Part shown: one piece after another, positions 1-9,400 of the stretch
Position numbering within the stretch: the first letter of the stretch is position 1
Layout of the letters: each line of letters begins with the position of its first letter
Made by a program: the position numbers and the translations under genes
Notes under the pieces: generated by a model
Databases searched by the model: none
Seen by the model: the letters and a program-made list of their open reading frames with translations, nothing else
Told to the model about the DNA's origin: nothing
Source: Bacteroidia bacterium
Lineage (GTDB): Bacteria > Bacteroidota > Bacteroidia > NS11-12g > UBA9320
DNA length: 64,000 nucleotides
Direction: 5' to 3'
Assembly: GCA_965216465.1 (NCBI GenBank)
Contig: CBDCFW010000001.1
Location: forward strand, 224,001 to 288,000

Positions 1-2
1 CA

Positions 3-500
3 TAGCTGCTCTACACGTGACTTAAACTGGCTAAAATCTTGTTGATCAGTATCATTCAATTCTTGGTTTGCAGCCACTTTGGCAAAAACATCGAACGTTC
101 CAATACCAGTGCATTTAAACACGGCAAATGGATACTCAGGTCTGGTCGCAGCTTCATCAATTACTTTACATAATTCAGTAAAAGTTCGTTCAAAGCTTTT
201 AGCATTCCCCTCTCCTTCGACAGAGTAATCTAAAATTGCACCAATTCCGTTTGCATAAAGTTCTTTGGCAGATGGATAGCTATCGGCTATAGTCTCACCT
301 CCGCAAAACTGGTGAAACAACGTCCTTTTAATAAGCCTTTTAATTGGTATCCCAATTGACAAAGCAAAATTTGCAATTCCTGGTCCTTTCTCGACTAAAA
401 AAGGATAAGAAAATGCTTGAAACAGTCGGTAAGCTTTCTTAAGATCTCCCTTTGATTTATGGGCAAAAGCTATCTGAGTATCATCAAATGATAAGTTCAT
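3..500 (-). CDS. Proline dehydrogenase (monofunctional type), 5' part; runs off the window
   Basis: Not in the ORF track. Manual translation from ATG at 500 gives MNLSFDDTQIAFAHKSKGDLKKAY...LFHQFCGGETIADS...AILDYSVEG...FAVFKCTG, which has the ProDH motifs FCGGE and LDYSVE. Confidence 0.85.
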   Translation of the reverse strand, partial: MNLSFDDTQIAFAHKSKGDLKKAYRLFQAFSYPFLVEKGPGIANFALSIGIPIKRLIKRTLFHQFCGGETIADSYPSAKELYANGIGAILDYSVEGEGNAKSFERTFTELCKVIDEAATRPEYPFAVFKCTGIGTFDVFAKVAANQELNDTDQQDFSQFKSRVEQL

Positions 501-509
501 TTTTCACAG

Positions 510-517
510 CAAAATTA
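510..517 (-). promoter_or_regulatory. Putative Bacteroidota -7 promoter element for proline dehydrogenase
   Basis: TAATTTTG matches TAnnTTTG and ends 9 nt before the ATG, in an intergenic gap; no clear -33 element. Confidence 0.55.
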
Positions 518-548
518 TACTTAAAATACTGTTCTGAAAACAGAAAAA

Positions 549-1500
549 CTAAAGATTTGAATTTACCCAATTGTAGAGATGTTCCATTCCTTTTTTCAAT
601 GGATAATTGGGTGCCCATCCGAGTGAAGATTGGATGAGTCGATTGTCGCTGCATCGGCCATTTACGCCAACTGGGCCATCGATATTTTTAATCGACAAGT
701 CTTTGCCACTTATTACAATTGTGAGCTCAGCTAATTCGTTAATTGTAACCATCTCATCTGAACCAATATTGATCGGCTGCTTAAAGCTTGATTTCATCAA
801 TCTTTCTATTCCTTCTAAACACTCATCGATGTACAAAAAGGAGCGAGTTTGACTTCCTGTACCCCACACTTCAATTGATTCTCCAGACTTGGCTTGCGCC
901 ACCTTTCGTGCCATAGCTGCTGGAGCCTTCTCTTTTCCGCCATCAAAGTAACAAAAAGGCCCAAATACGTTATGAAATCTAGCTATTCTTACATCTAAGC
1001 CATAGTTCTTGGCATAGTTAAGGAATAGCCGTTCACTAAAGAGTTTCTCCCAACCGTATTCAGAATCAGGATTTGCAGGAAACGCAGAGATTTCTTCACA
1101 ATTTGGATTTGCTGAATCAACCTGATTTTCTTCTGGGTATATGCAGGCTGAAGACGAATAAAAGAGCTTCGTTTCTGTTGATTTCAAGGCATTAGCGACG
1201 TTCAAATTAATCTGTGCCGAGTTGTGCATGATATCAGCGTCGTGTTCTCCTGTGAAGATATAACCCGCACCTCCCATATCCGCAGCGAGCTGATAAACTT
1301 CGTTGTATGTATTCTTGAAGATAGTCTCAACAAAGTTTTGATCGCGCAAATCACCAAGTATAAACTCATCTGCTTTAGAATCCATAAACGGGTTTTTTTA
1401 CAAGATCTACGGCCACCACATAACATTCAGACTTCTTCAGTCTGTTAACTAAGTGGCTTCCAATAAAACCTCCTGCTCCAAGTACTAATATTTTCTTCAA
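549..1500 (-). pseudogene. GDP-mannose 3,5-epimerase-like NAD-dependent epimerase, frameshifted (+1) in an A7 tract
   Basis: TTG at 1500 reads KKILVLGAGGFIGSHL...VAVDLVKKPVYGF*. The remainder (AADMGGAGYI, SSSACIYPE, YGWEK, EKAPAA) is in the next frame. The span is 952 nt (3n+1); A6 instead of A7 at 1393-1399 restores the frame. Confidence 0.8.
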
Positions 1501-2645
1501 TTGATTGTGTTTAAAACATTAACTAAAAATTGTCCAAGCTTATTACCGTCAAAGTAGTCTCTTGCATATTGGTACCCACGCTTAGCAATCGCATCAGCTT
1601 CTCCAGTATTCTTATATCGTTCTTTAATTACCTCTGCTAAGCTAGAGGCATTGTCTACTTCGTATTTGTACACCTGATTTCTATCTTCAAAATCTTCCGC
1701 GAATCCTTTACCATTACTCATTAAGACCGGTTTATTGCAAGCAAAATACTCTCCCAGTTTAATTGGATAACCGTAGGTTGCAAAACTCGAGCTATCTCTA
1801 TTCATCAACAAGGTATCGCATTCTTGCAATAACCAAGGTATTTGCTCATACTTTACTGTTCCGGTGATTTCGATCGAGTCTTTTAGGTCAAGATCTTTAA
1901 CCTGTTGCTCCAATTTTTCGGGGTTTGGATTGTAACCAATGAGCCTAAGCTTTAGTCCATGGTTTTGTGCTTGGGCCTGCTTAAAGCCCTCCAAAATGGT
2001 TTGGAGACCATCTTTGCCTCCAAAAGACCCAATATATCCCAACATTCCTTTTATTTCAGCTCGTTCAACATCAAATCGTTCAAAGTCGACCATAATAGGA
2101 AATAAATGAATCACATCATTTCTTAATGCCGAGAAGTGCTCTTTTAATCGGTTCGAAATAACCAATAAAACACTTGCTCTTTTGGCCACTATTCGCTCCT
2201 CTGATTGATGTAATTTGATATTCTTCCCAGATGAAAAAAGCTCTGTCTGATCAACCACAATCTTCTTCTTGAGAATTGAAGCCAAGAGTAGTCCACCAAG
2301 AGAATCAGCCCATCTTGGATTATAGAAATAAAGTGCATCGAATCTTCTTGAGCCAAAAAGAATAAACCATATCAATCCAACATAGCCTGTAAATACTTGA
2401 AATATTCTTAAGATGAATAGCGATGGATACGTCCGTCCAAGGCTTAAGAATCTAATCTTAAAATTTCGCCATGTAGTAGGTTGGCTGCTATTTAAGGTCT
2501 TACTAAATCTGCTTGGATAAATCGATACAAATTCGCATTCCCAGTCTTCATTTAGGGTTTCTTGTGCTATCGTTTTTAAACGAGCATTCTTTGTGTTTCC
2601 CTCTGGGAAGTCTCCACTAAATATTAAAGCTAATCTATTAATAAT
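1497..2645 (-). CDS. Glycosyltransferase family 4; probable non-canonical ATT start
   Basis: GT4 C-terminal motifs (GYIGSF..KDG, YPIKLGEYFACNKP). The frame stays open upstream of the TTG at 2375 as far as 2660 (IINRLALIFSGDFPEGNTKNARL) with no ATG/GTG/TTG. Confidence 0.75.
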   Translation of the reverse strand: MINRLALIFSGDFPEGNTKNARLKTIAQETLNEDWECEFVSIYPSRFSKTLNSSQPTTWRNFKIRFLSLGRTYPSLFILRIFQVFTGYVGLIWFILFGSRRFDALYFYNPRWADSLGGLLLASILKKKIVVDQTELFSSGKNIKLHQSEERIVAKRASVLLVISNRLKEHFSALRNDVIHLFPIMVDFERFDVERAEIKGMLGYIGSFGGKDGLQTILEGFKQAQAQNHGLKLRLIGYNPNPEKLEQQVKDLDLKDSIEITGTVKYEQIPWLLQECDTLLMNRDSSSFATYGYPIKLGEYFACNKPVLMSNGKGFAEDFEDRNQVYKYEVDNASSLAEVIKERYKNTGEADAIAKRGYQYARDYFDGNKLGQFLVNVLNTIN

Positions 2646-3625
2646 TAAGCTATTACTTGGTTATAAACAGACAGCACATTCGCAATTTCTTGCTCAAGAG
2701 AATAGCTATAAACCTCTTGTCTATAATCGTTTATTCGATCACGCTCAAAGTTGCTAATAGCCTGAACAGCTACTGATTTAAAGGCCAGTTCAGACAAGTC
2801 TTTAGCGATATAGCAACCTTCCAAGTGCCCAATCCTTTCTTGTGTATCTCCAACTGGAGTTGATACTACTGCAAGGTTGCAAGCCAATGCTTCCTTAACA
2901 ACATTAGGCGAACCCTCTTGTAATGAGGTTTGAAACAAGAAATCGGAGGCGGTCATGTACTCAAAAACTTCTTTTGGAGTTTTACCCCAAACCTGAACAA
3001 ATCGAATTTCTGGATGATCAAGAGCCAATTCGTTCACAACATTTTGAGCCATAATAAATCGTTTACCAACATTTTTAGTGTTCCCGACAAAAAGAATAAC
3101 AAGCTCATCTTTTCTAAATCCCAGTTTAGTACGAATCTCGTCTTTCGATTTTTTAGGAACATATTGAATGTCGCAACCCGATGGAATGACCGCTTCAACT
3201 TTCTTAGACTTGAAAAACGATTTTATAGCCTTTGACACATAGATATTGGCATCGCTCCTTTTGGCTGCAAAATGACTCACCCATTGAACCATTTTAGAAA
3301 TGTAATTATGCTTCCCTTTGGAGTTAAGCACTCCATATACATCTGAACCTCTGAAACTTACAACAATCTTTGATTGAACAAAAAATGGTATTACAGCTAT
3401 GGTTTGCCCCCAATTTATATGAATAAGATCGTAATTATTTTCTTTAATCAGTCGTTTAATTTCCTTGCGTGCCTTAAGGTAATTAGACCACTTTCTCTTT
3501 GCGACAAAATGATATAGTTCTATATCAATTTCTTTCTGTAATCCATAAAACAACCGCTCAATAAACGGTGACACATAGGGCCGTTCAATGGTCGGATAAT
3601 ATGGTGTAACAAAAAGTACTTTCAC
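2645..3625 (-). CDS. Glycosyltransferase family 4
   Basis: FRGSDV, EGSPNVVKEALAC (EX7E motif), STPVGD. Confidence 0.88.
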   Translation of the reverse strand: MKVLFVTPYYPTIERPYVSPFIERLFYGLQKEIDIELYHFVAKRKWSNYLKARKEIKRLIKENNYDLIHINWGQTIAVIPFFVQSKIVVSFRGSDVYGVLNSKGKHNYISKMVQWVSHFAAKRSDANIYVSKAIKSFFKSKKVEAVIPSGCDIQYVPKKSKDEIRTKLGFRKDELVILFVGNTKNVGKRFIMAQNVVNELALDHPEIRFVQVWGKTPKEVFEYMTASDFLFQTSLQEGSPNVVKEALACNLAVVSTPVGDTQERIGHLEGCYIAKDLSELAFKSVAVQAISNFERDRINDYRQEVYSYSLEQEIANVLSVYNQVIA

Positions 3626-4758
3626 TAGCTTAGTACAGCCTTAAGTGCTTCTTGAATTCTTTGACGTTCAATGTCAGTAAGATTAGAACCGCTTGGTAAA
3701 CACAATCCAATTTCGAATAGTTTATCAGAAGTACCATTTACATAGCTCGGAAAGTCTTTAAAAACAGGTTGTTGATGCATTGGTTTCCATAACGGTCTAC
3801 ATTCTATATTCTCTTCCATTAAGGCTAGGCGAATGGTTTCCCGGCTAATATTCCTCTCGTTTGGCTTTACAAGAATGCAGGTAAGCCAGTGATTGGAGAA
3901 GAATTTAATATCCGGTTCTTTGAAAACCTCGATGAATGGGTAATCTTTAAAGAAGGATTGATACCATTCGTTCATAGCTCTTCTTTTGTCAATCCATTGA
4001 TCAAGAACTTCAAGCTGCCCACGACCAATTCCTGCTGCAATATTGCTCATGCGGTAATTAAACCCAATTTCTTCATGCTGGTAATGCGGTGTATTCTCTC
4101 GGGCTTGTGTAGCTAAGAATGTTGCTTTCTTCACATAATCTTCATTGCGCGACACAAGAGCCCCTCCGCCAGAGGTTGTAATAATTTTATTACCATTAAA
4201 TGAATAGATACCTATCTCGCTAAAGGTCCCCATTTTTTGACCATTATATTTCGCACCTAGTGCTTCAGCGGCATCCTCAATAATCGGAATATTGTGTTTA
4301 GCACAAATGGCCAACAGCTCCTCCATTTTGGCTGGCATACCGTAAAGATGAACCAATACACATGCTTTAGGTTTTTTGCCTTTTGCGATTCTATCTTGAA
4401 TTGCCTCTTCTAAAGTTTCAGGACTCATATTCCAGGTACTGGGTTCTGAATCGACAAAAACTGGAATTGCCTTTTGATAACGAATTGCATTCGCAGAAGC
4501 CGAAAACGTGAAGCTAGAGCAAAGTACCTCATCATCTTGTTCTACTCCTAGAAGTATTAATGCTAAATGCAAAGCTGCTGTTCCCGAACTTAACACCGTA
4601 CAATGCTCGATGTTGTTATACGTTGCTAGCTCTTTTTCCAGACCGTTCACATTTGGTCCTAAAGGAGCAATCCAATTGGTATCAAACGCTTCTTGAATGT
4701 ATGCAATTTCGTTTCCTCCCATATGAGGAGAAGAAAGATATATTCTATCCTTAGTCAT
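3625..4758 (-). CDS. DegT/DnrJ PLP sugar aminotransferase, PglE/EpsN-like
   Basis: IYLSSPHM, SSGTAALHLAL, EDAAEALG, SFNGNKIITTSGGG; next to PglD- and PglC-like genes. Confidence 0.9.
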   Translation of the reverse strand: MTKDRIYLSSPHMGGNEIAYIQEAFDTNWIAPLGPNVNGLEKELATYNNIEHCTVLSSGTAALHLALILLGVEQDDEVLCSSFTFSASANAIRYQKAIPVFVDSEPSTWNMSPETLEEAIQDRIAKGKKPKACVLVHLYGMPAKMEELLAICAKHNIPIIEDAAEALGAKYNGQKMGTFSEIGIYSFNGNKIITTSGGGALVSRNEDYVKKATFLATQARENTPHYQHEEIGFNYRMSNIAAGIGRGQLEVLDQWIDKRRAMNEWYQSFFKDYPFIEVFKEPDIKFFSNHWLTCILVKPNERNISRETIRLALMEENIECRPLWKPMHQQPVFKDFPSYVNGTSDKLFEIGLCLPSGSNLTDIERQRIQEALKAVLS

Positions 4759-5341
4759 TATTAGTTCTTATAATTCTTGCAGGGTTTCCTACAGCAATGG
4801 AGTTATCTGGAATTGGCTTTGTCACCACCGATCCTGCTCCAATTTTACACCACTTTCCAATCGTTATTCCTGGAATAATTGTAGATCCAGCTCCTACAAT
4901 TGTACCTTCTCCGACTGTAACAGAACCACATAAGGTTACTTGGGGTGCAATGTGGCAGTAATCTCCAACTTCACAATCGTGATCTACGCTTGCTCCGGTA
5001 TTAATTATTGTGTGGCGTCCAATTGTGCTATCTGCTTGAACTATACTTCCATGTAAAAGCTGACTTCCATCCCCTATTTTCACAGACTCGTCTACTTCAG
5101 CCGTAATGGCCTGCACAATTCCAAATTGATGAGTGATTTTCTCAACAACTATTTTTCGGATTTTATTGTCTCCTATTGCCACAACAACCTTCTCGTCAGC
5201 ATGAAGCTCACTGCTATACTTGGTTATTGGTTTGTTCCGAAAAGTATCTCCTTTCGGATTGTCGTCGAAGAATGCTATTACGTTTTGCTCAAGTGCTGAG
5301 GCAACAACTTTTCCGTGTCCACTTGCTCCAAATACTATCAT
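4751..5341 (-). CDS. Hexapeptide-repeat sugar N-acetyltransferase, PglD/NeuD-like
   Basis: GASGHGKVV, AIGDN, INTGASVDHDC, GNPAR. Confidence 0.9.
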   Translation of the reverse strand: MIVFGASGHGKVVASALEQNVIAFFDDNPKGDTFRNKPITKYSSELHADEKVVVAIGDNKIRKIVVEKITHQFGIVQAITAEVDESVKIGDGSQLLHGSIVQADSTIGRHTIINTGASVDHDCEVGDYCHIAPQVTLCGSVTVGEGTIVGAGSTIIPGITIGKWCKIGAGSVVTKPIPDNSIAVGNPARIIRTNND

Positions 5342-5952
5342 TGATTTCCTTTAAATTTCTCCATAGTGGCAGAAGAATCGCTTGATATACCTTCAATCTT
5401 CAGCACTTTGAAAATGGTCATAAATATTATTTTAATGTCTAACACCAATGAATGGTTTTCGACGTACCATACATCTAGCCTAAACTTTGTAGTCCAGTCT
5501 AAGCTGTTTCGTCCATTCACTTGTGCCCAACCCGTAATTCCAGGTCTTACATTATGCCGAGCTCGTTGCTCGTCATTGTAAAGTGGCAAGTATTCCATTA
5601 ATAATGGTCTTGGACCAATTAGCGACATGTCACCTTTTATCACATTTATCAACTGTGGAATTTCATCTAAAGAAAGCTTTCGCACCCAACTCCCTATGGT
5701 GGTTAAACGCTCTGCATCACTAAGAAGCTCACCATGCTCATCCTTTCTATCGTTCATAGTCTTGAACTTAATTAAGGTAAATGGTACCTCATTTCTTCCT
5801 GGTCTAACCTGGGTAAAGAAAACGCTTCCTTGATTCGCAACAAACAAGAAAATAATGGTGATCAGAAATATCGGCAAAAGCAGTGTAAAGCCTAGTAAGG
5901 CAATAACAAAGTCAATACATCTCTTTAGAAAATTTCTATACAGCAATCTCAC
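5338..5952 (-). CDS. Initiating polyprenol-phosphate phosphoglycosyltransferase, PglC-like (Bac_transf)
   Basis: KRCID, KFKTM, RKLSLDEIPQLINV, GPRPLL, RPGITGWAQVNGR. Confidence 0.92.
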   Translation of the reverse strand: MRLLYRNFLKRCIDFVIALLGFTLLLPIFLITIIFLFVANQGSVFFTQVRPGRNEVPFTLIKFKTMNDRKDEHGELLSDAERLTTIGSWVRKLSLDEIPQLINVIKGDMSLIGPRPLLMEYLPLYNDEQRARHNVRPGITGWAQVNGRNSLDWTTKFRLDVWYVENHSLVLDIKIIFMTIFKVLKIEGISSDSSATMEKFKGNQ

Positions 5953-7132
5953 GAATTAGTTTCTTGGTCTGTTCTTCAACCTGCAAATGTTCATGGGCAA
6001 ATTTAAGAGCATTATTTCCCATAGTATTTAACTCGTTTGAGTCTTTATTAACAAGTAATTGAATTCCTTCAATAATGGTGTTTGCAGACTCAGGCTCAAC
6101 CACAACACCACAATTGTGCGTTTCGACAAAAAGCGGAAACCCAGCATAGGCCAACAAAATTGGCTTTGCTGCAAGACAGTACTCTACGTACTTATTTCTA
6201 CTATTTCCGTATTTATAGAGTTCTGATTTTAAATATCCATCAAAAAGTATATCGCAATCTTTTAGAAATGCGACCACTTCATTTTGATTAATTTTATTGA
6301 AAAAGTGAATGTGTTCTGAACTTGCTAGTTTTTTGGACTCAGTTAGCAACGGACCTTCACCTAAAATCACAAATTTTATTTTCTGAGGTTGAAGTTGATT
6401 GGCTGCTTCAATAAATACATCTAGGCACGAAGACATGTTAACACTTCCTGCATAACCAACAATCTTCCAACCTTCTTCTTTGAATTTATCAAGCGACTCA
6501 TGGTATCGATGATTCTCTTTGTAATTCATGTTTGGGTTTACCAGATGCGGAATCCAAGTTACACTTTTTGACCTACCAAGCACAGACTCTACATGTTCAG
6601 TGAGATTGGGCATGGTTCCAATAACTAAGTCTGCCTGGTCGTACCCTTTACGCTCAATTCTTGCTAAATAACGATACGCAATATTAAGTCTCGATAGTTT
6701 CTTGATGCGCTTTAAAATTAGAGGCCAAATATCCCGAACCTCAAACACCAGCTTGCAGTTGTACCTTTTCTTGTATCGAATACCGTTCAATATGCTGAGC
6801 AACGACAGCGAAGACACAATTACCACATCAGCAGGTTCATTTTTATTTTGCCTAAGAAACCCTCTTAACCTTCTTTCAAAACTCATCCAACTTAAGATTC
6901 GACGAATTCCATATACTTTAGAATACTTGAACGTTTTTATCCAACTAACTTTAACCCCATCGACCACATCGTTGTAATTTACGGGCAGTGTTTTTAGATT
7001 GTGGTTAGAGTCAGAAAGCACTAAGTGCACCTCATGACCTTGCTTTACCATTTCTCTAGAGAGGTAAATGTGCCTTGTATCCATGCCAAAAGGATTATAG
7101 GCCGCATATTTTGAGATATAAAGAATTTTCAC
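5936..7132 (-). CDS. Glycosyltransferase family 4
   Basis: FEVRDIWP, GYAGSV, NKYVEYCLAAKP (WbuB-like GT4 pattern). Confidence 0.85.
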   Translation of the reverse strand: MKILYISKYAAYNPFGMDTRHIYLSREMVKQGHEVHLVLSDSNHNLKTLPVNYNDVVDGVKVSWIKTFKYSKVYGIRRILSWMSFERRLRGFLRQNKNEPADVVIVSSLSLLSILNGIRYKKRYNCKLVFEVRDIWPLILKRIKKLSRLNIAYRYLARIERKGYDQADLVIGTMPNLTEHVESVLGRSKSVTWIPHLVNPNMNYKENHRYHESLDKFKEEGWKIVGYAGSVNMSSCLDVFIEAANQLQPQKIKFVILGEGPLLTESKKLASSEHIHFFNKINQNEVVAFLKDCDILFDGYLKSELYKYGNSRNKYVEYCLAAKPILLAYAGFPLFVETHNCGVVVEPESANTIIEGIQLLVNKDSNELNTMGNNALKFAHEHLQVEEQTKKLIREIAV

Positions 7133-8265
7133 TCTTTCGTGTTAAGTGCCATTTGATATTCTTTTAGCAAGGCTTCCCACACAACTCCTTGATCAAAATT
7201 AGCTATAATATCTTGTTGAGCTTTGGCTGCCAACTCTTGTCTTAGAACTTTGTCTTTATGCAGAATGGTCATTTTGTCGACCAATTCGGTTTCATTTTTT
7301 GGCTCAACCAACAAGCCGTTGATCCAATCTTTCACAATTTCATTGCATCCATTAATATCTGAAAGTATCATAGCCTTACCCATCGCCCCTGCTTGTAGCG
7401 GAACATTTGGAAACCCTTCACGATAACTCGGAAAAACTAAAATATCCGAAAGTGCTATATAAGGTCTAACATCCTGCTGGTAGCCAACAGAGATGATATC
7501 GGTATTCAATTTTATTTTCTGGTGTGTTTCTCTAGGAAGTGGATCAAGGTCTTCTTCAAAGTGGCCTACTAAGATTAATTTTGTTTTGGGAAGTGCACGG
7601 TTTACTTTTTCGAAGCTATTGATCAGCTCGACGATTCCTTTATCTGTAACTATTCTTCCTATAAAGATAAAAACTGTCTCATCGGTAATCCCAAATTCCT
7701 TCTTCTGCCAATCAATTACTTCCTTTGAAACCGCATTCTCATTAAAGGTTTTGAGATTAATGCCGTTGGTTGTTCCATTTCCTACAACTTTGAGCTTTTT
7801 GCTGTAATAAAGCTTCTTAGCAATGTAGTCTTTCAATCCAAAGCTGTTGCAATATACATGTGTTGAGCAGCTATAGGTAAACAGCTCAATCAGTTTGAGC
7901 ATGTTACGAAAGATTTTATTCTTTTCCATTAGCGGAAGCCCACCAACGGTATGCATTCTAATTTTAACACCACAAATTTTTGCTGCCAACATTCCTATCA
8001 AGCCTGCCTTCGGAGTATGTGAGTGTACAATATCCGGTTTGAGGTCTTTTATAATTTTAATGAGCTCAAGCAAAGATTTAAAATCTTGAAGTGGACGAAG
8101 CTTTCTATTGAAAGATTCTACTTCATTGTGGTTTGGATGATTAAAAAAGCCATGAGAAGCAGTGTGCATATCAAAATCGTTCGATTCCATGTATGCAATC
8201 TGACCGGTTAGCAGCTTTTCAAGCGATAGACTAATCGTTGTTATTCTCAGTATTTTGGGCTTCAA
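7129..8265 (-). CDS. Glycosyltransferase family 4, CapM/PglA-like
   Basis: HSHTPKAG, GRIVTDKGI, FPSYREGFPNV, DINGCNEI. Confidence 0.9.
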   Translation of the reverse strand: MKPKILRITTISLSLEKLLTGQIAYMESNDFDMHTASHGFFNHPNHNEVESFNRKLRPLQDFKSLLELIKIIKDLKPDIVHSHTPKAGLIGMLAAKICGVKIRMHTVGGLPLMEKNKIFRNMLKLIELFTYSCSTHVYCNSFGLKDYIAKKLYYSKKLKVVGNGTTNGINLKTFNENAVSKEVIDWQKKEFGITDETVFIFIGRIVTDKGIVELINSFEKVNRALPKTKLILVGHFEEDLDPLPRETHQKIKLNTDIISVGYQQDVRPYIALSDILVFPSYREGFPNVPLQAGAMGKAMILSDINGCNEIVKDWINGLLVEPKNETELVDKMTILHKDKVLRQELAAKAQQDIIANFDQGVVWEALLKEYQMALNTKE

Positions 8266-9400
8266 TTTGTTGGTAGTTTAAGTAACGTTGCCGTAGTTTA
8301 AGCGTGTAAATTATCGGAAACATAGCTAATAAAATCCAAAAAGGTGTAAAACGTAACCCCATATGCGTAAGGCTATAAAGAATTACGGGAAGCACATATA
8401 AGCTGGTACGCCACCTCAATCCTTTAAAAAGACTAAAAAAGAACAAGAGAAACAACGTGAATCCAGGTATCCCATAACTAAAGATAAGATTACCAAAAGA
8501 CGAGTGCATTTCGTGTTTAGTGATGTACGTATCAAATCTTTCATACATTCCTTCCCCAGAACCCAGTATCAAGAAATAGGGGTGATTGTTAATGCGGTCG
8601 TATCCTCTGTACTCCCACTCAGTAATATTGGCTTTTTTCGACCCATCATCCACTCGTTTAAGAACATAGGCTGTTTGACTAACCCCTTTTTCATTCTTCA
8701 CAACGAAGTAATAGCTTATTGAAAAGATGATTATGACCGCTATCAATCCATTGCCTTTAAGTATCTGGCTATCAAATAAATAAAATACGGACAAGAAAAG
8801 AATACCTCCTACTGCTGCCTTTGATGCACTAATTAAGGTCATCAACAAGCAGGCTAAAAATACGACTACAAAGAATACTAGATTAATTTTATCAAGCTTG
8901 TTGAGAATTACAAATATGCTAAGCATCAGCAGTGCATAGTATCCCAGCTGATTAGGTGTTGTAAAAAAGAAAGACGGTCTTAAGTCATCAAAGTTTTCCG
9001 AGCCAAAAAGAAGGTAATATCCTATTTGAATGACCACCGAAAGTACAATACCATATTGAGTAAACTTAACAAATTTCTTGATATTGATATTTGCCAAACC
9101 AATGGCATAGATAAGCACCAAGGCATTGTATAAGTAAAAGATTGTCGATATAAGTGGTAGTCCTTTATAATTCCCAAAGTAGATGATGAACAATACTAAG
9201 TTAGCAAGTAATGTATAACCCAAGAACATTTGCAATGAGCCTTTTTTGAATGTTGCTCTCTTGAAACCTGCTCTCAAAACAGAACCAGAAAGTATCATTA
9301 CACTAATCATGAGATAGTCGCTTACCTGAGGCGTTCCACTAGGAAACCAGTAGAATGGATTCAGAATTAAAAAAAGTGCCCACAAATAATAACGCATCAC
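8231..9400 (-). CDS. Putative Wzy polysaccharide polymerase (module B)
   Basis: Polytopic membrane protein with PNQLG, SASKA, ILGSGEG and HSSFGNLIFSYGIPG (Wzy_C-like); lies among glycosyltransferases. Confidence 0.7.
   Translation of the reverse strand: MMRYYLWALFLILNPFYWFPSGTPQVSDYLMISVMILSGSVLRAGFKRATFKKGSLQMFLGYTLLANLVLFIIYFGNYKGLPLISTIFYLYNALVLIYAIGLANINIKKFVKFTQYGIVLSVVIQIGYYLLFGSENFDDLRPSFFFTTPNQLGYYALLMLSIFVILNKLDKINLVFFVVVFLACLLMTLISASKAAVGGILFLSVFYLFDSQILKGNGLIAVIIIFSISYYFVVKNEKGVSQTAYVLKRVDDGSKKANITEWEYRGYDRINNHPYFLILGSGEGMYERFDTYITKHEMHSSFGNLIFSYGIPGFTLFLLFFFSLFKGLRWRTSLYVLPVILYSLTHMGLRFTPFWILLAMFPIIYTLKLRQRYLNYQQIEAQNTENNND

Noticed and set aside
529-543. CTGTT-N5-AACAG hairpin after the last operon gene as a terminator
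   Set aside because: A 5-bp AT-rich stem with a poor U-tract is too weak to call.
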